DNA of 26,649 bases from Candidatus Methylomirabilia bacterium (GTDB taxonomy: Bacteria > Methylomirabilota > Methylomirabilia > Rokubacteriales > CSP1-6), in NCBI GenBank assembly GCA_041497895.1, contig JBGQHJ010000060.1:1-26649 (forward strand). Direction: 5' to 3'. Position 1 is the first letter of the stretch, and each line of letters begins with the position of its first letter. The notes beneath the pieces were generated by a model. The model saw nothing but the letters and a program-made list of their open reading frames with translations, made no database searches and was not told where the DNA came from. Shown here one piece after another: positions 17,079 to 25,745 of this stretch. Position numbers and translations under genes: made by a program.

Positions 17079-17873
17079 TCAGCGGCCGCCCGCCCCGGCC
17101 GCGGGGCCCGGGTAGCTGACCGCCAGCCCGGCCGCCGCGTCGGACTGGATGCCGAACGGCGGGATCGGGTAGCGGAGGCCGTTCTTGCTCAGGGCGGCCA
17201 GGCCCTCGATGACCTTGGGCAGGAAGCGCGGCGGCACCGCCATGAGCATCTCGTCGTCGGCCACCCCGCCGTAGCGCCGCTCCGCGTAGCAGGGGATGGT
17301 GAGCGCGGGCTCGCCGGTCTTGAGCGCCTTGCCCCAGGAGTCGGCGCAGGCCGACTCGCCCACCGAGGTGAACGACATCTTCTTGTAGCCGGTCCACTGC
17401 AGCCCGTTGATGAAGAAGATCATCTGGCCGGGGGTGCCGTAGATCAGGCAGATGTCGGGTGGCTCGAGACGGCCGGAGGTGAGCGGGGCCACCGCCATCG
17501 CCTTGTAGCGGCCGTAGGGCACGCAGTCCATCGCGTGCTGGTGGAGGCTCGCGTCGCCCTGGGTCTTGAACCACACCCCGGCCATGCGTTTGCCGGAGAG
17601 CCACTCGTCGTCCTGGGGAGACAGCCCGATGACCGCGCCGCACTGGGCCCCCACCAGGTCCGCCATCGTGATGCCGACGGTCCAGCCGAGCTGACGGGCC
17701 TGGGCCACGATCTGATCGGTGGTGTGCTTGGCCTTCGGGCGTCGGATCTTGGGGATCGCCTCCATCTCCTCCACCGTCTCGAAGAGCTTCATGCCGATCG
17801 GGATCGAGCGGAGGCGCAGGTACTGATTGAGGCCGTTCACGATCGCGTCCCAGTCATACTTGTCGGTGGTCAT
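17079..17873 (-). CDS. DUF169 family protein
   Basis: LRLRSIPIGMK, AVAPL...PDICLIYGTPGQM, ESACAD and IPCYAERRYG...DDEM; GAGGA SD. Confidence 0.8.
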   Translation of the reverse strand: MTTDKYDWDAIVNGLNQYLRLRSIPIGMKLFETVEEMEAIPKIRRPKAKHTTDQIVAQARQLGWTVGITMADLVGAQCGAVIGLSPQDDEWLSGKRMAGVWFKTQGDASLHQHAMDCVPYGRYKAMAVAPLTSGRLEPPDICLIYGTPGQMIFFINGLQWTGYKKMSFTSVGESACADSWGKALKTGEPALTIPCYAERRYGGVADDEMLMAVPPRFLPKVIEGLAALSKNGLRYPIPPFGIQSDAAAGLAVSYPGPAAGAGGR

Positions 17874-17889
17874 GGCGTCCTCGCAGGGT

Positions 17890-18438
17890 TCATCGGTCGA
17901 GTAGCAGGTAGTAGAGGGCCGTCGCGTGCAGCTCGCCATTCGCGCTCCGCGCGTAGCGGGGAATGACCCCCGCGCAGGTCCAGCCCATCGAGCGGTACAG
18001 CGCTTCCGACGGATCGCTCTGGCGGGTGTCGAGCACGAGCGTGGATCGCCCACCGCGGCGCGCGGCGCCCTGGGCCTCGAGCATCAGCGCCCGGCCGATC
18101 CCGCGCCGGCGCCCGCTCGTGTGGACCATCAGCTTGGTCAGCTCGGCGCGGTGGCTGCCGTTGGCCCGCTTCTCGAGATCGAGCTGGACCGTTCCGACGA
18201 TGCGGGCGGCGCTCCCGCCGCGCGCCTCGCGCGCGACCCACAGGAGCCGCCCGCCGCCCTTGACCGCGGCGGCCACGCCCTCCCAGTACTCGCGCGCGTC
18301 CTCCTCGGAGAGCGGGGGCAGGAAGCCCACCGAGCCGCCGTCGTCCACCACGTCGCGGAGCAAGGCCACGAGCGACGGCTGCTCGCGGCGCGCGCCGTCG
18401 GCGTCGAGCGGGTCGATCCGGATCTCAGGGCCGGCCAT
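17890..18438 (-). CDS. GNAT family N-acetyltransferase
   Basis: GGSVGFLPPL, IVGTVQL, NGSHRAE, RRRGIGRALM (motif A), LVLDT and AEALY-like segment. Confidence 0.88.
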   Translation of the reverse strand: MAGPEIRIDPLDADGARREQPSLVALLRDVVDDGGSVGFLPPLSEEDAREYWEGVAAAVKGGGRLLWVAREARGGSAARIVGTVQLDLEKRANGSHRAELTKLMVHTSGRRRGIGRALMLEAQGAARRGGRSTLVLDTRQSDPSEALYRSMGWTCAGVIPRYARSANGELHATALYYLLLDR

Positions 18439-18976
18439 CGAGGGTCCTCCGCAGCTGGGTGAGATGGTTGTCGTCGTGGCCGGCGAGGCTCGCCACCCAC
18501 TCGCCCATGGCCATGCGCCCGCGGGCCTGATGGATGCCACCGCGCTGCCACTGCCCGGGAGAGAGCCTGTCGAGCACGGCGAGCACCTCGCGCCGGCGGC
18601 GGGCGAAGGCCTCGAGCGCTCCGGCGGGATCCTGACGCGCGTACTGGCGGTCCTCGGCCCAGCGATCCGGGTCGAGCGGGTGGCCGACCGCGCCCCCGAT
18701 GCCCCACGCGGTGAGGGCCTCGGGAGTGGCGCCGAGGGTGAGGATCGGCGGCTCATCGACCGCGAGAATGGTCTGGAAGCGGACGAGGAACAGCTCCTCG
18801 ACGTCGCGCAGGTGGCACAGCATCTCGGTGGCCGACCAGCTCCGCGCGTCGGGCCGGCGAGCGAGGGCGGCGCGGTCACGGTCCTCGAGGAGGCGGGCGA
18901 TCTCGCCCGGCGTGCTCCGGAGACGGTCGAGGCGGACGCCGACCGGCCGGGTGAGGTATTCCTCCATGGTGGGCAT
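18425..18976 (-). CDS. DinB family (DinB_2) metal-binding protein
   Basis: WSATEMLCHLRDVE and AGHDDNHLTQL (His triad). Confidence 0.85.
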   Translation of the reverse strand: MPTMEEYLTRPVGVRLDRLRSTPGEIARLLEDRDRAALARRPDARSWSATEMLCHLRDVEELFLVRFQTILAVDEPPILTLGATPEALTAWGIGGAVGHPLDPDRWAEDRQYARQDPAGALEAFARRRREVLAVLDRLSPGQWQRGGIHQARGRMAMGEWVASLAGHDDNHLTQLRRTLDGRP

Positions 18977-19005
18977 GGGGTCTGGCCGCGCGCGGTGCCG
19001 TCCGG

Positions 19006-19509
19006 CTACGGCTTGAACTCCTGGTCGAGGATCTCGGTGATGAAGCGATCGAGCGAGACCGGATAGAAGCGGACGTTGGGGGCAAGGATCACCCCGGTGT
19101 TGATGACCTCGCGCTGGCTGAGCTCGTCGAGGGCGCGCTCCACCTGGGCCTGGGGGTTGCGGTCCCAGCGCTGGATCCTGAGATCTTCGCTCTCGAGCGT
19201 CACCTGGTGGCGGTTGGAGTACGAGAACGAGAAGACCCGGGCCACGAGGGCCTCGTCCATCAGCTCGTTCTCCTTGAAGAGATCGCCGTAGGTCTGCCCG
19301 GCACGCCCCGGGGCGAGCACGAGACGCGGCGAGACCTTGATCTTGCCGCGGATCTCCACCGAGGAGGCCGGCTGCGCCTCCTGCGGGCCCACCAGGATGT
19401 AGGGCAGCACGTGGTAGCCCGCGATGATGCCGGCGACCGGCTTGCGCAGGATCTCGGTGGTCTCGAAGAGGTGCTTGAGGAACTCGGGGTCGTGCTTCTC
19501 GCCGAACAT
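19006..19509 (-). CDS. Hypothetical protein (167 aa)
   Basis: Globular-protein-like composition, strong GC3 bias, fits operon spacing; no family recognised. Confidence 0.75.
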   Translation of the reverse strand: MFGEKHDPEFLKHLFETTEILRKPVAGIIAGYHVLPYILVGPQEAQPASSVEIRGKIKVSPRLVLAPGRAGQTYGDLFKENELMDEALVARVFSFSYSNRHQVTLESEDLRIQRWDRNPQAQVERALDELSQREVINTGVILAPNVRFYPVSLDRFITEILDQEFKP

Positions 19510-19517
19510 GGCCGGGC

Positions 19518-20075
19518 CTAGCCGCGGAAGACCGAGACTTCCATGCAGTCGAAGCCGAAATCGTACTCCCGGCTCTCGTATCGAGAATCGTCGCGGACGT
19601 GGTCGAGGTAGGGCTTCACGTCGCGCCGGTACATGCCGGTGTTGTCGGCCACCACGAGGGCCCCCTTGACCAGCCGCGACTCCACCGCGCGCAGGTAGTC
19701 GAGATAGTCTTCCTTGGCGGCGTCGATCAGCAGGAAGTCGACGGGGCCGCGCAGCAGGGGCAGTACCCGCAGGGCGTCGCCCACCACGACCCGGACACTC
19801 CGGGCGAGCCCCGCCTTCTCCACGTTGCTCACCACGAACTTGGCCAGATAGGCGTTCTGCTCCACGCAGACGAGCCGCCCGCCGCGCGGCATGTGGCCCG
19901 CCACCAGGATGGCGGAGTAGCCGAACAGCGAGCCCACCTCGATGCCGCGCCGGGGCCGGTGGCGGAGCAGCAGCCGCCGCAGCACGCGGCTCTTCTCCTT
20001 GCCGATGACCGGGATGCGCCAGAGGGTGACGGCACGGTCCATCAATCGGAGCATTCGCGTGGCGGTGTTGGTCAT
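19518..20075 (-). CDS. Class I SAM-dependent O-methyltransferase (YrrM/TrmR-like)
   Basis: IEVGSLFGYSA, GDAL, DFLLIDAAKEDY and VVADN. Confidence 0.88.
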   Translation of the reverse strand: MTNTATRMLRLMDRAVTLWRIPVIGKEKSRVLRRLLLRHRPRRGIEVGSLFGYSAILVAGHMPRGGRLVCVEQNAYLAKFVVSNVEKAGLARSVRVVVGDALRVLPLLRGPVDFLLIDAAKEDYLDYLRAVESRLVKGALVVADNTGMYRRDVKPYLDHVRDDSRYESREYDFGFDCMEVSVFRG

Positions 20076-20138
20076 GGACGCGGGCGAGTGCGGTTACGGT
20101 CCATCGATCGGAGCATTCGCGTGGCGGTCTTGGTCATG
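20034..20138. repeat. 43-bp direct repeat, two copies (20034-20076 and 20096-20138), 2 mismatches
   Basis: ACGGTCCATC(A/G)ATCGGAGCATTCGCGTGGCGGT(G/C)TTGGTCATG, separated by 19 unrelated nt. Confidence 0.95.
20072..20137 (-). CDS. 21-aa mini-ORF duplicating the methyltransferase N-terminus
   Basis: MTKTATRMLRSMDRNRTRPRP*; ATGA overlaps with both neighbours. Confidence 0.45.
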   Translation of the reverse strand: MTKTATRMLRSMDRNRTRPRP

Positions 20139-21084
20139 CGCGCGCGGGGATCCTCTCGCGAACGCCGTCCGGCAGCGGATAGCGCCGGTCCCACTTGCCG
20201 GCCTTGACGGTCTGGCCGGGCAGGGGGCGGCCCACGATCTCCTGCACCCGCCTGGACACCGCGATCAGCGCGTCGAGGTCCACCCCGGTCTCGACTCCCA
20301 TGGCGTGCAGGCAGTGGATCAGGTCCTCGGTGCACACGTTGCCGGACGCGCCCGGGGCGAACGGACAGCCACCGAGCCCGCCGATGGAGGCGTCGAAGTG
20401 GGTCACCCCGTGCTCCAGGGCGGCCAGGATGTTGGGGATGGCCATGGCGCGGGTGTCGTGGGTGTGGAGCGTCCACTCCACGCCCGGGAAGCGGGGCACG
20501 AGGCGCTCGAGCACGCGGGCGACCTGGGCGGGGTTGGCCATGCCGGTGGTGTCGGCCAGGCCGATGCCGCGCGCGCCCATGTCCACGAGGCGCGCCACCA
20601 CCGATTCCAGGTGCGCGACCGGCACGTCGCCCTCGAAGGGGCAGCCGAACGAGCAGGAGATGCCGGAGACCACCGGCACCGTCGCGCGACGCGCGACCTC
20701 GGCCACCGCGGCCAGCTTGGTGAGCGACTCCACGATGGTCATGTTCACGTTGGCGAGGTTGTGGCTCTCGCTCGCCGAGACCACGGTGTGGATCTCGTCG
20801 ACCCGCGCGTCCACCGCGCGCACCGCGCCCTTGTCGTTGGGCACCAGCGCGGAGTAGGTGGTGCCGGGGCGCCGCACGATCGCGGCCATGACCTCGGCCG
20901 CGTCCCGGAGCTGGGGAATGGCCTTGGGGGACACGAACGAGGTGACCTCGATGCGCGGCATCCCGGCCGCGGCCAGCCGGTTCACCACCTCGATCTTGTC
21001 GCCGGTCGGGATGAAGTCGGGCTCGATCTGGAACCCGTCCCGCGTTCCCACCTCGCAGATCGTCACGTGCCGGGGCAGCTTCAT
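20134..21084 (-). CDS. Hydroxymethylglutaryl-CoA lyase family (DRE-TIM metallolyase)
   Basis: ICEVGTRDGFQ, TSFVSPKAIPQL, FGCPFEG, LADTTG, HTHDT and GGLGGCPFAPGASGNVCTED. Confidence 0.92.
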   Translation of the reverse strand: MKLPRHVTICEVGTRDGFQIEPDFIPTGDKIEVVNRLAAAGMPRIEVTSFVSPKAIPQLRDAAEVMAAIVRRPGTTYSALVPNDKGAVRAVDARVDEIHTVVSASESHNLANVNMTIVESLTKLAAVAEVARRATVPVVSGISCSFGCPFEGDVPVAHLESVVARLVDMGARGIGLADTTGMANPAQVARVLERLVPRFPGVEWTLHTHDTRAMAIPNILAALEHGVTHFDASIGGLGGCPFAPGASGNVCTEDLIHCLHAMGVETGVDLDALIAVSRRVQEIVGRPLPGQTVKAGKWDRRYPLPDGVRERIPARA

Positions 21085-21635
21085 CGCGTCGCCTCCTGGG
21101 TCGCTTCCCACTCGTCTCTGAGGATCTCGCCCTGCCAGGCGTCGTGCCAGCGTCCGTCGATGAAGTAGTAGCGACGGCGCAGCCCGCACTGGCGATAGCC
21201 GGCGCGCTCGAGGCCTCGCCGGCTGGCGTCGTTGCCCTGCACCACCAGCGTGGTGACCGTCTCCAGACCCAGCTCCCGGAACGCGTAACGCGTCCGGAGC
21301 CGCATCGAGTCGCCCGCGTAGCCCTTGCCCCACTCGTCCTTCTCGCCGACCACGGTGCCGGTCTCGCCCCGACGGTTCCGCCAGTCGATCCTCTCGATGG
21401 CGGTGTTGCCGATCAGGCGACCGTTGTGCTTGAGCACGATGGCCCACATCACCTGGTTCGGGTCCCGGCCCGCCTGCTCGAGCCACTCCTCCTCGGCCTT
21501 GGTGGTGAAGGGGAAGCGGTAGAGCAGGTAGCGCGTCACCTCCATGTCGGCGAACCACCGCTGGTAGGCCGGGAGGTACTCCGGCCGCGGCGGCTCGAGC
21601 CGGACGCGCTCGCCCTCGAGGATCGGACCTAGCAT
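21081..21635 (-). CDS. GNAT N-acetyltransferase, RimJ/RimL family
   Basis: LEGERVRL, IDWRNRRGETG, WGKGYA, YAFRELGL, NDASRRGLERAGY and DGRWHD. Confidence 0.88.
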   Translation of the reverse strand: MLGPILEGERVRLEPPRPEYLPAYQRWFADMEVTRYLLYRFPFTTKAEEEWLEQAGRDPNQVMWAIVLKHNGRLIGNTAIERIDWRNRRGETGTVVGEKDEWGKGYAGDSMRLRTRYAFRELGLETVTTLVVQGNDASRRGLERAGYRQCGLRRRYYFIDGRWHDAWQGEILRDEWEATQEATR

Positions 21636-21657
21636 TGCGCTCGCTCGTCTGCCCCGG

Positions 21658-21692
21658 CCCCTCACCCTGCCCTCTCCCCGGCGGGGAGAGGG
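21658..21692. repeat. REP-like palindromic element
   Basis: CCCCTCACCCTG-CCCTCTCCCC-GGC-GGGGAGAGGG, intergenic inside an operon. Confidence 0.6.
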
Positions 21693-21712
21693 ATACGAGG
21701 TGGGGACCACCC

Positions 21713-22888
21713 TCAATAGGACCTCGGCATGCCGAGGACGTGCTCCCCGACGAAGGCCAGGACCAGGTTGTTGTTGATCGGGGCGGCGCGGTAGAGCCGC
21801 GACTCGCGGAACTTGCGCTCGATGTCGTACTCCTCCGCGAAGCCGTAGCCGCCGTGGGCGTCCATGCACGCGTTGCCCGCCTCGATGGCCGCCTCGGAGG
21901 CGAGGTACTTGGCCATGTTGGCCTCGCCACCGCAGGGGATGCCCGCGTCGAACATGCGCGCCGCCTTGGTGCGCATGAGGTCGGCGGCCTCGATGTTGAC
22001 GTGCGCCTTGGCGATCGGGAACTGCACGCCCTGGTTGGAGCCGATCGGCTTGCCGAAGATCACCCGCTGGCCCGCGTAGGCGACCGCTCGCTCGATGAAC
22101 CAGCGCGCGTCGCCGAGGGAGTCGGAGGCGACCAGGATGCGCTCCGCGTTCATTCCGTCGAGGATGTAGGAGAAGCCCCGGCCCTCCTGGCCGATCAGGC
22201 TCGAGGCGGGGATCTCCATGTTGTCGAAGAAGAGGGCGTTGGTCGAGTGGTTCATCATCATCCTGAGCGGGCGCACGTCGAGGCCCTTGCCCTTGAGCTC
22301 GCGGATGTCGATGAGGAACACGCTGAGCCCATCGGTCTTCTTCTTCACCTGGTCCACCGGGGTGGTGCGGGCCAGCAGCAGCATGAGGTCGGACTGCAGC
22401 ACCCGCGAGATGAACATCTTCTGGCCGTTGACCACGTAGCGGTCGCCCTTGCGGACCGCGGTGGTCTGGAGCTTGGTGGTGTCCGAGCCCGCGTTCGGCT
22501 CGGTGACCCCGAAGGCCTGCAGGCGCAGCTCGCCGGTGGCGAGCTTGGGCAGGTACTGCTTCTTCTGCTCCGCGGAGCCGTGCCGGAGCACCGTGCCCAT
22601 GATGTACATCTGGGCGTGGCAGGCCCCCGCGTTGCCGCCCGAGCGGTTGATCTCCTCGAGGATGAGCGCGGCTTCCATGATGCCGAGGCCGCCGCCGCCG
22701 TACTCCTCGGGGATGAGCACCGCGAGGTAGCCCGCCTTGGTGAGCTCGTTGATGAAGGCCTCGGGATACTCGCGCCGGGAGTCGAGGTCGCGCCAGTACT
22801 CGCCGGGGTACTGCTTGCAGAGGTCGTAGACCGCGGCCTTGAGGGCTTTTTGCTCGTCGGTGAGTACGAAGGTCATGTCGGCAGTCAT
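21713..22888 (-). CDS. Acyl-CoA dehydrogenase
   Basis: IPEEYGGGG, GVTEPNAGSD, NGQKMFIS, FGKPIGSNQGVQF and HGGYGFAEEYDIERKFRE; GAGGGG SD. Confidence 0.95.
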   Translation of the reverse strand: MTADMTFVLTDEQKALKAAVYDLCKQYPGEYWRDLDSRREYPEAFINELTKAGYLAVLIPEEYGGGGLGIMEAALILEEINRSGGNAGACHAQMYIMGTVLRHGSAEQKKQYLPKLATGELRLQAFGVTEPNAGSDTTKLQTTAVRKGDRYVVNGQKMFISRVLQSDLMLLLARTTPVDQVKKKTDGLSVFLIDIRELKGKGLDVRPLRMMMNHSTNALFFDNMEIPASSLIGQEGRGFSYILDGMNAERILVASDSLGDARWFIERAVAYAGQRVIFGKPIGSNQGVQFPIAKAHVNIEAADLMRTKAARMFDAGIPCGGEANMAKYLASEAAIEAGNACMDAHGGYGFAEEYDIERKFRESRLYRAAPINNNLVLAFVGEHVLGMPRSY

Positions 22889-22907
22889 GCGTGACCCCTC
22901 TTCATCT

Positions 22908-22931
22908 TCAACATGGCTAAAGCCATGTTGA
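22908..22931. repeat. Perfect 11-2-11 palindrome (REP-like element or operator)
   Basis: TCAACATGGCT-AA-AGCCATGTTGA, about 20 nt upstream of the acyl-CoA dehydrogenase start. Confidence 0.7.
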
Positions 22932-23016
22932 CCGTGGGCGAGATGATCGGGGCGACCCGCCGCGTGTCGTCCGCCCCTCTGGTTGCGCTAGATGTCGCAT
23001 TGCCGTCTCTCGCCAT

Positions 23017-23811
23017 TTATTTGCCCTGGAATCTCGGTTTGCGCTTCTCGTTGAAGGCGCGGACGCCTTCGAGCCGGTCCTCGGTGGTCACGGTGTTGTT
23101 GTAGGCCTCGATGGCCAGCGCCGTGCCGGTCTCGAGATCGGTCTCGCTCCCCCAGGCGATCGCCTTCTTGGCCTGGCGCACCGCGACGGGCCCATTGTCC
23201 GCGATGGTGGCCGCGATCTCCAGCGCCTTCATCCGCGCCTGGCCGGCCGGCACCACGTGGTTGACGAGCCCGATGGCCTTCGCCTCGCGCGCGTCCACGC
23301 GTCGGCCGGTGAAGATCATCTCCTTGGCCATCGGGGCGCCCAGGATGCGGGGCAGGAGCTGGGTGCCGCCCACGCCCGGGAAGATGCCGCGGGTGACCTC
23401 GGGGACCGCGAAGACCGCGGTCTCCCCGCACACCACGAAGTCGGAGAGCACGGCCAGCTCGCAGCCGCCGCCCATCGCGAAGCCTTCCACCGCGGCGATC
23501 ACCGGCACCGGGCAGTGCAGCACACCCGCGGCGGCCGCCTCGAAGATCACGTGCTGGGCGCGCCAGGCCTCGTCGGTCATGCCCTCGCGCTCCTTGAGGT
23601 CGCCGCCCACGCAGAAGGCCTTGGGGCCGGCCCCGGTGAAGACCACCGCCCGCACCGCGCGGTCCCAGCGCAGGCCGTCGAAGCAGCGCAGCAGGTCCTC
23701 GCCCATCGCGGTGTTCATCGCGTTGAGGGCCTCGGGGCGGTTGAGCTCCACCGTGACCACGTGGCCCTCGGCCGACGCGGTCACGTTGAGCGTCCTATAG
23801 CTGGACGACAT
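23017..23811 (-). CDS. Enoyl-CoA hydratase/isomerase (crotonase family)
   Basis: LNRPEALNA, AFCVGGDLKE, GFAMGGGCELA, PEVTRGIFPG (both catalytic Glu) and AFNEKRKPRF. Confidence 0.93.
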   Translation of the reverse strand: MSSSYRTLNVTASAEGHVVTVELNRPEALNAMNTAMGEDLLRCFDGLRWDRAVRAVVFTGAGPKAFCVGGDLKEREGMTDEAWRAQHVIFEAAAAGVLHCPVPVIAAVEGFAMGGGCELAVLSDFVVCGETAVFAVPEVTRGIFPGVGGTQLLPRILGAPMAKEMIFTGRRVDAREAKAIGLVNHVVPAGQARMKALEIAATIADNGPVAVRQAKKAIAWGSETDLETGTALAIEAYNNTVTTEDRLEGVRAFNEKRKPRFQGK

Positions 23812-24988
23812 GGCGCTCCGCCAGATCCCGGATGGTGGCCGCGTCGTAGCCCAGCTCGGCCAGCACCTCGGTCGAGTGCTCCCCGAGCAGCGGCGGGACG
23901 CGGGTGGGGGCGGGCCGCTCGCCGTCCCACCGGATCGGCAGCGCCACCGCGCGGTAGTCGGGCACCCGTGGGTGCTTCACCGCGGGCAGCATGCCGCTCG
24001 CCTCGGTCTGCGGCTCGGTGGCGACCTGGTCCATCGTGGAGACGCGCGCCGACGGCACGCCCGCCCGCTGCAGCCGGTCCAGCACGTCGGCCGCGCTGAG
24101 GCCGCGCGTCACCCGCGCGAGCGCCTCCTGCAGGGCCGCGCGGTGCTCGACGCGGCGGGGGTTGTCCACGAAGCGCCCGTCGCGGGCCAGCTCGGGCACG
24201 CCGAGGGCGGCGGTGGCCTTGACGAAGAGCGCGTCGGAGGCGGCCGCGATCATCACCCAGCCGTCGGACACCGGGAAGGCCTCGTAGGGTACGATCATGG
24301 CGGTGCCCGAGCCCTGCGGCCGCGGGACCTCGCCGGTCGCGAAGTAGTGGCTCATCTGGAAGACCGACCACGCGAGCGCGGTGTCGAAGAGCGCGGTGGT
24401 CACGAGCGCGCCCTTGCCGGTGCGGTCGCGCTCGCGCAGCGCGGCCAGGATGCCCATGACCGCCCACATGCCGGTGCCCATGTCCACCACCGAGACCGGC
24501 ACGCGCGCGGGCGGCTGGCCGGGATGGCCGTTGATCGACATGATCCCGCCGTAGGCCTGCATCAGCGGGTCGTAGCCGGGCCGGTCCTTGAGCGGGCCCT
24601 CGGTGCCGTAGGCGGTGACCGAGCAGTACACCAGGCGCGGGTTCAGCGCGGAGAGCCGCGGCCAGCCGAGATCGAGCTCGTCGGCCGCGCCGGCCCGCAG
24701 CGACTGCACGAATACGTCCGCGCGCGCGAGGAGCCGCTCCAGGACCGCGCGCCCGTCGGCGGTCTTGAGATCGACGGCGAGGCTCCGCTTGTTGCGGTTG
24801 ACGCTCATGAAGGTGGCGCTCTCCCGGCCCCAGAAGGGCGGCGCCCACGCGCGCGCGTCGTCGCCGCGGCCGAGCCGCTCCACCTTGACGACCTCGGCCC
24901 CCATGTCCCCCAGGATCTGCGTGCAGTAGGGGCCGGCCACGTTCTGGGTCAGGTCGGCGACGAGCAGCCCGGCGAGGGGAGCGTTCAT
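23795..24988 (-). CDS. Family III CoA-transferase (CaiB/BaiF)
   Basis: PLAGLLVADL, AGPYC, GAEVVKVE, NRNKRS, PGYD, VVD (catalytic Asp) and PPLLGEHS; TATAAT 9 nt before the ATG. Confidence 0.93.
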   Translation of the reverse strand: MNAPLAGLLVADLTQNVAGPYCTQILGDMGAEVVKVERLGRGDDARAWAPPFWGRESATFMSVNRNKRSLAVDLKTADGRAVLERLLARADVFVQSLRAGAADELDLGWPRLSALNPRLVYCSVTAYGTEGPLKDRPGYDPLMQAYGGIMSINGHPGQPPARVPVSVVDMGTGMWAVMGILAALRERDRTGKGALVTTALFDTALAWSVFQMSHYFATGEVPRPQGSGTAMIVPYEAFPVSDGWVMIAAASDALFVKATAALGVPELARDGRFVDNPRRVEHRAALQEALARVTRGLSAADVLDRLQRAGVPSARVSTMDQVATEPQTEASGMLPAVKHPRVPDYRAVALPIRWDGERPAPTRVPPLLGEHSTEVLAELGYDAATIRDLAERHVVQL

Positions 24989-25032
24989 GGGGGATCGATT
25001 ATAGCCCGATCCCCCGCGGCCCGACGCGGAGC

Positions 25033-25734
25033 CTAGAGGCTGATCCGCCGCGCCTCGTGATACTTCTCGAGCTCGCGGTTGGCGTGCAGCACGGTCTCGA
25101 GGTGCTCGACGACCAGCCCGATCTTGCCGCCCGGGATCGTGAAGTAGAGCTCGTCGTCGCCCATCCCGGTGTACACCCGGTTGCCGATGCAGCCGAGGCT
25201 GGTCACGCCCCCAGGCCCCTCGAGAACCGCGGGGATCATCGCGCAGGCGGGGCGGCCCATCGCGGCGCGGTCACCCTCGAGGCCGGCGGCCCGCGCGGCC
25301 TCGGCCACCAGCATGATCTGGCGCGCACGCCCGCGCACCAGCACCACGTCGGGCGGCGTGGGTGTCTCGGCCAGCGGAGCGTAGACCGCGACCCGGAACG
25401 GGTCCTTGCGCCGCGGCAGCGCGCCGACCTCTTCCATGCGGATGTACTGCAGCCCCACCATCGTGCCGACCACGCCTTCGAGCTCCTTCGCGCGCTCGGG
25501 CGGGAGCCCCACCCCGTGGGTGTAGGCGCCGACCGGGCAGTTGAAGTGATCGGCGGCCTCGGTGTAGAAGACCGCGCCCTCGGCCGCCTGCTTCCAGTAG
25601 GCGCAGCCGGCTGGACCGGGCCGGGAGACCCGCGCGATCCCGGCGGGCGCGGTGGTGGCGAAGGTCACCGACACCGGCGGCGTGTGCAGCCCCAGCAGCT
25701 CGGTCAGGCGTCGTCCGGCGGTGCGCGCGTCCAT
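25033..25734 (-). CDS. DUF169 family protein
   Basis: LGLHTPPVSV, GCAYW, NCPVG, YAPL...PDVVLV, PACA and SLGCIGNRVYTG...DELY; GAGGAG SD. Confidence 0.82.
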   Translation of the reverse strand: MDARTAGRRLTELLGLHTPPVSVTFATTAPAGIARVSRPGPAGCAYWKQAAEGAVFYTEAADHFNCPVGAYTHGVGLPPERAKELEGVVGTMVGLQYIRMEEVGALPRRKDPFRVAVYAPLAETPTPPDVVLVRGRARQIMLVAEAARAAGLEGDRAAMGRPACAMIPAVLEGPGGVTSLGCIGNRVYTGMGDDELYFTIPGGKIGLVVEHLETVLHANRELEKYHEARRISL

Positions 25735-25745
25735 GGCGTGGCTCC

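Noticed and set aside
14878..17115. 745-aa Arg/Gly/Ala-rich ORF and similar alternative-frame ORFs (7618-9624, 4842-6335, 21635-22894, 23810-25036)
   Set aside because: Low-complexity shadow frames overlapping well-supported genes.
20034..20138. Repeat-spacer-repeat as a mini CRISPR array
   Set aside because: Only two copies, a 19-nt spacer, the repeat is coding sequence of a gene start, and there are no cas genes.
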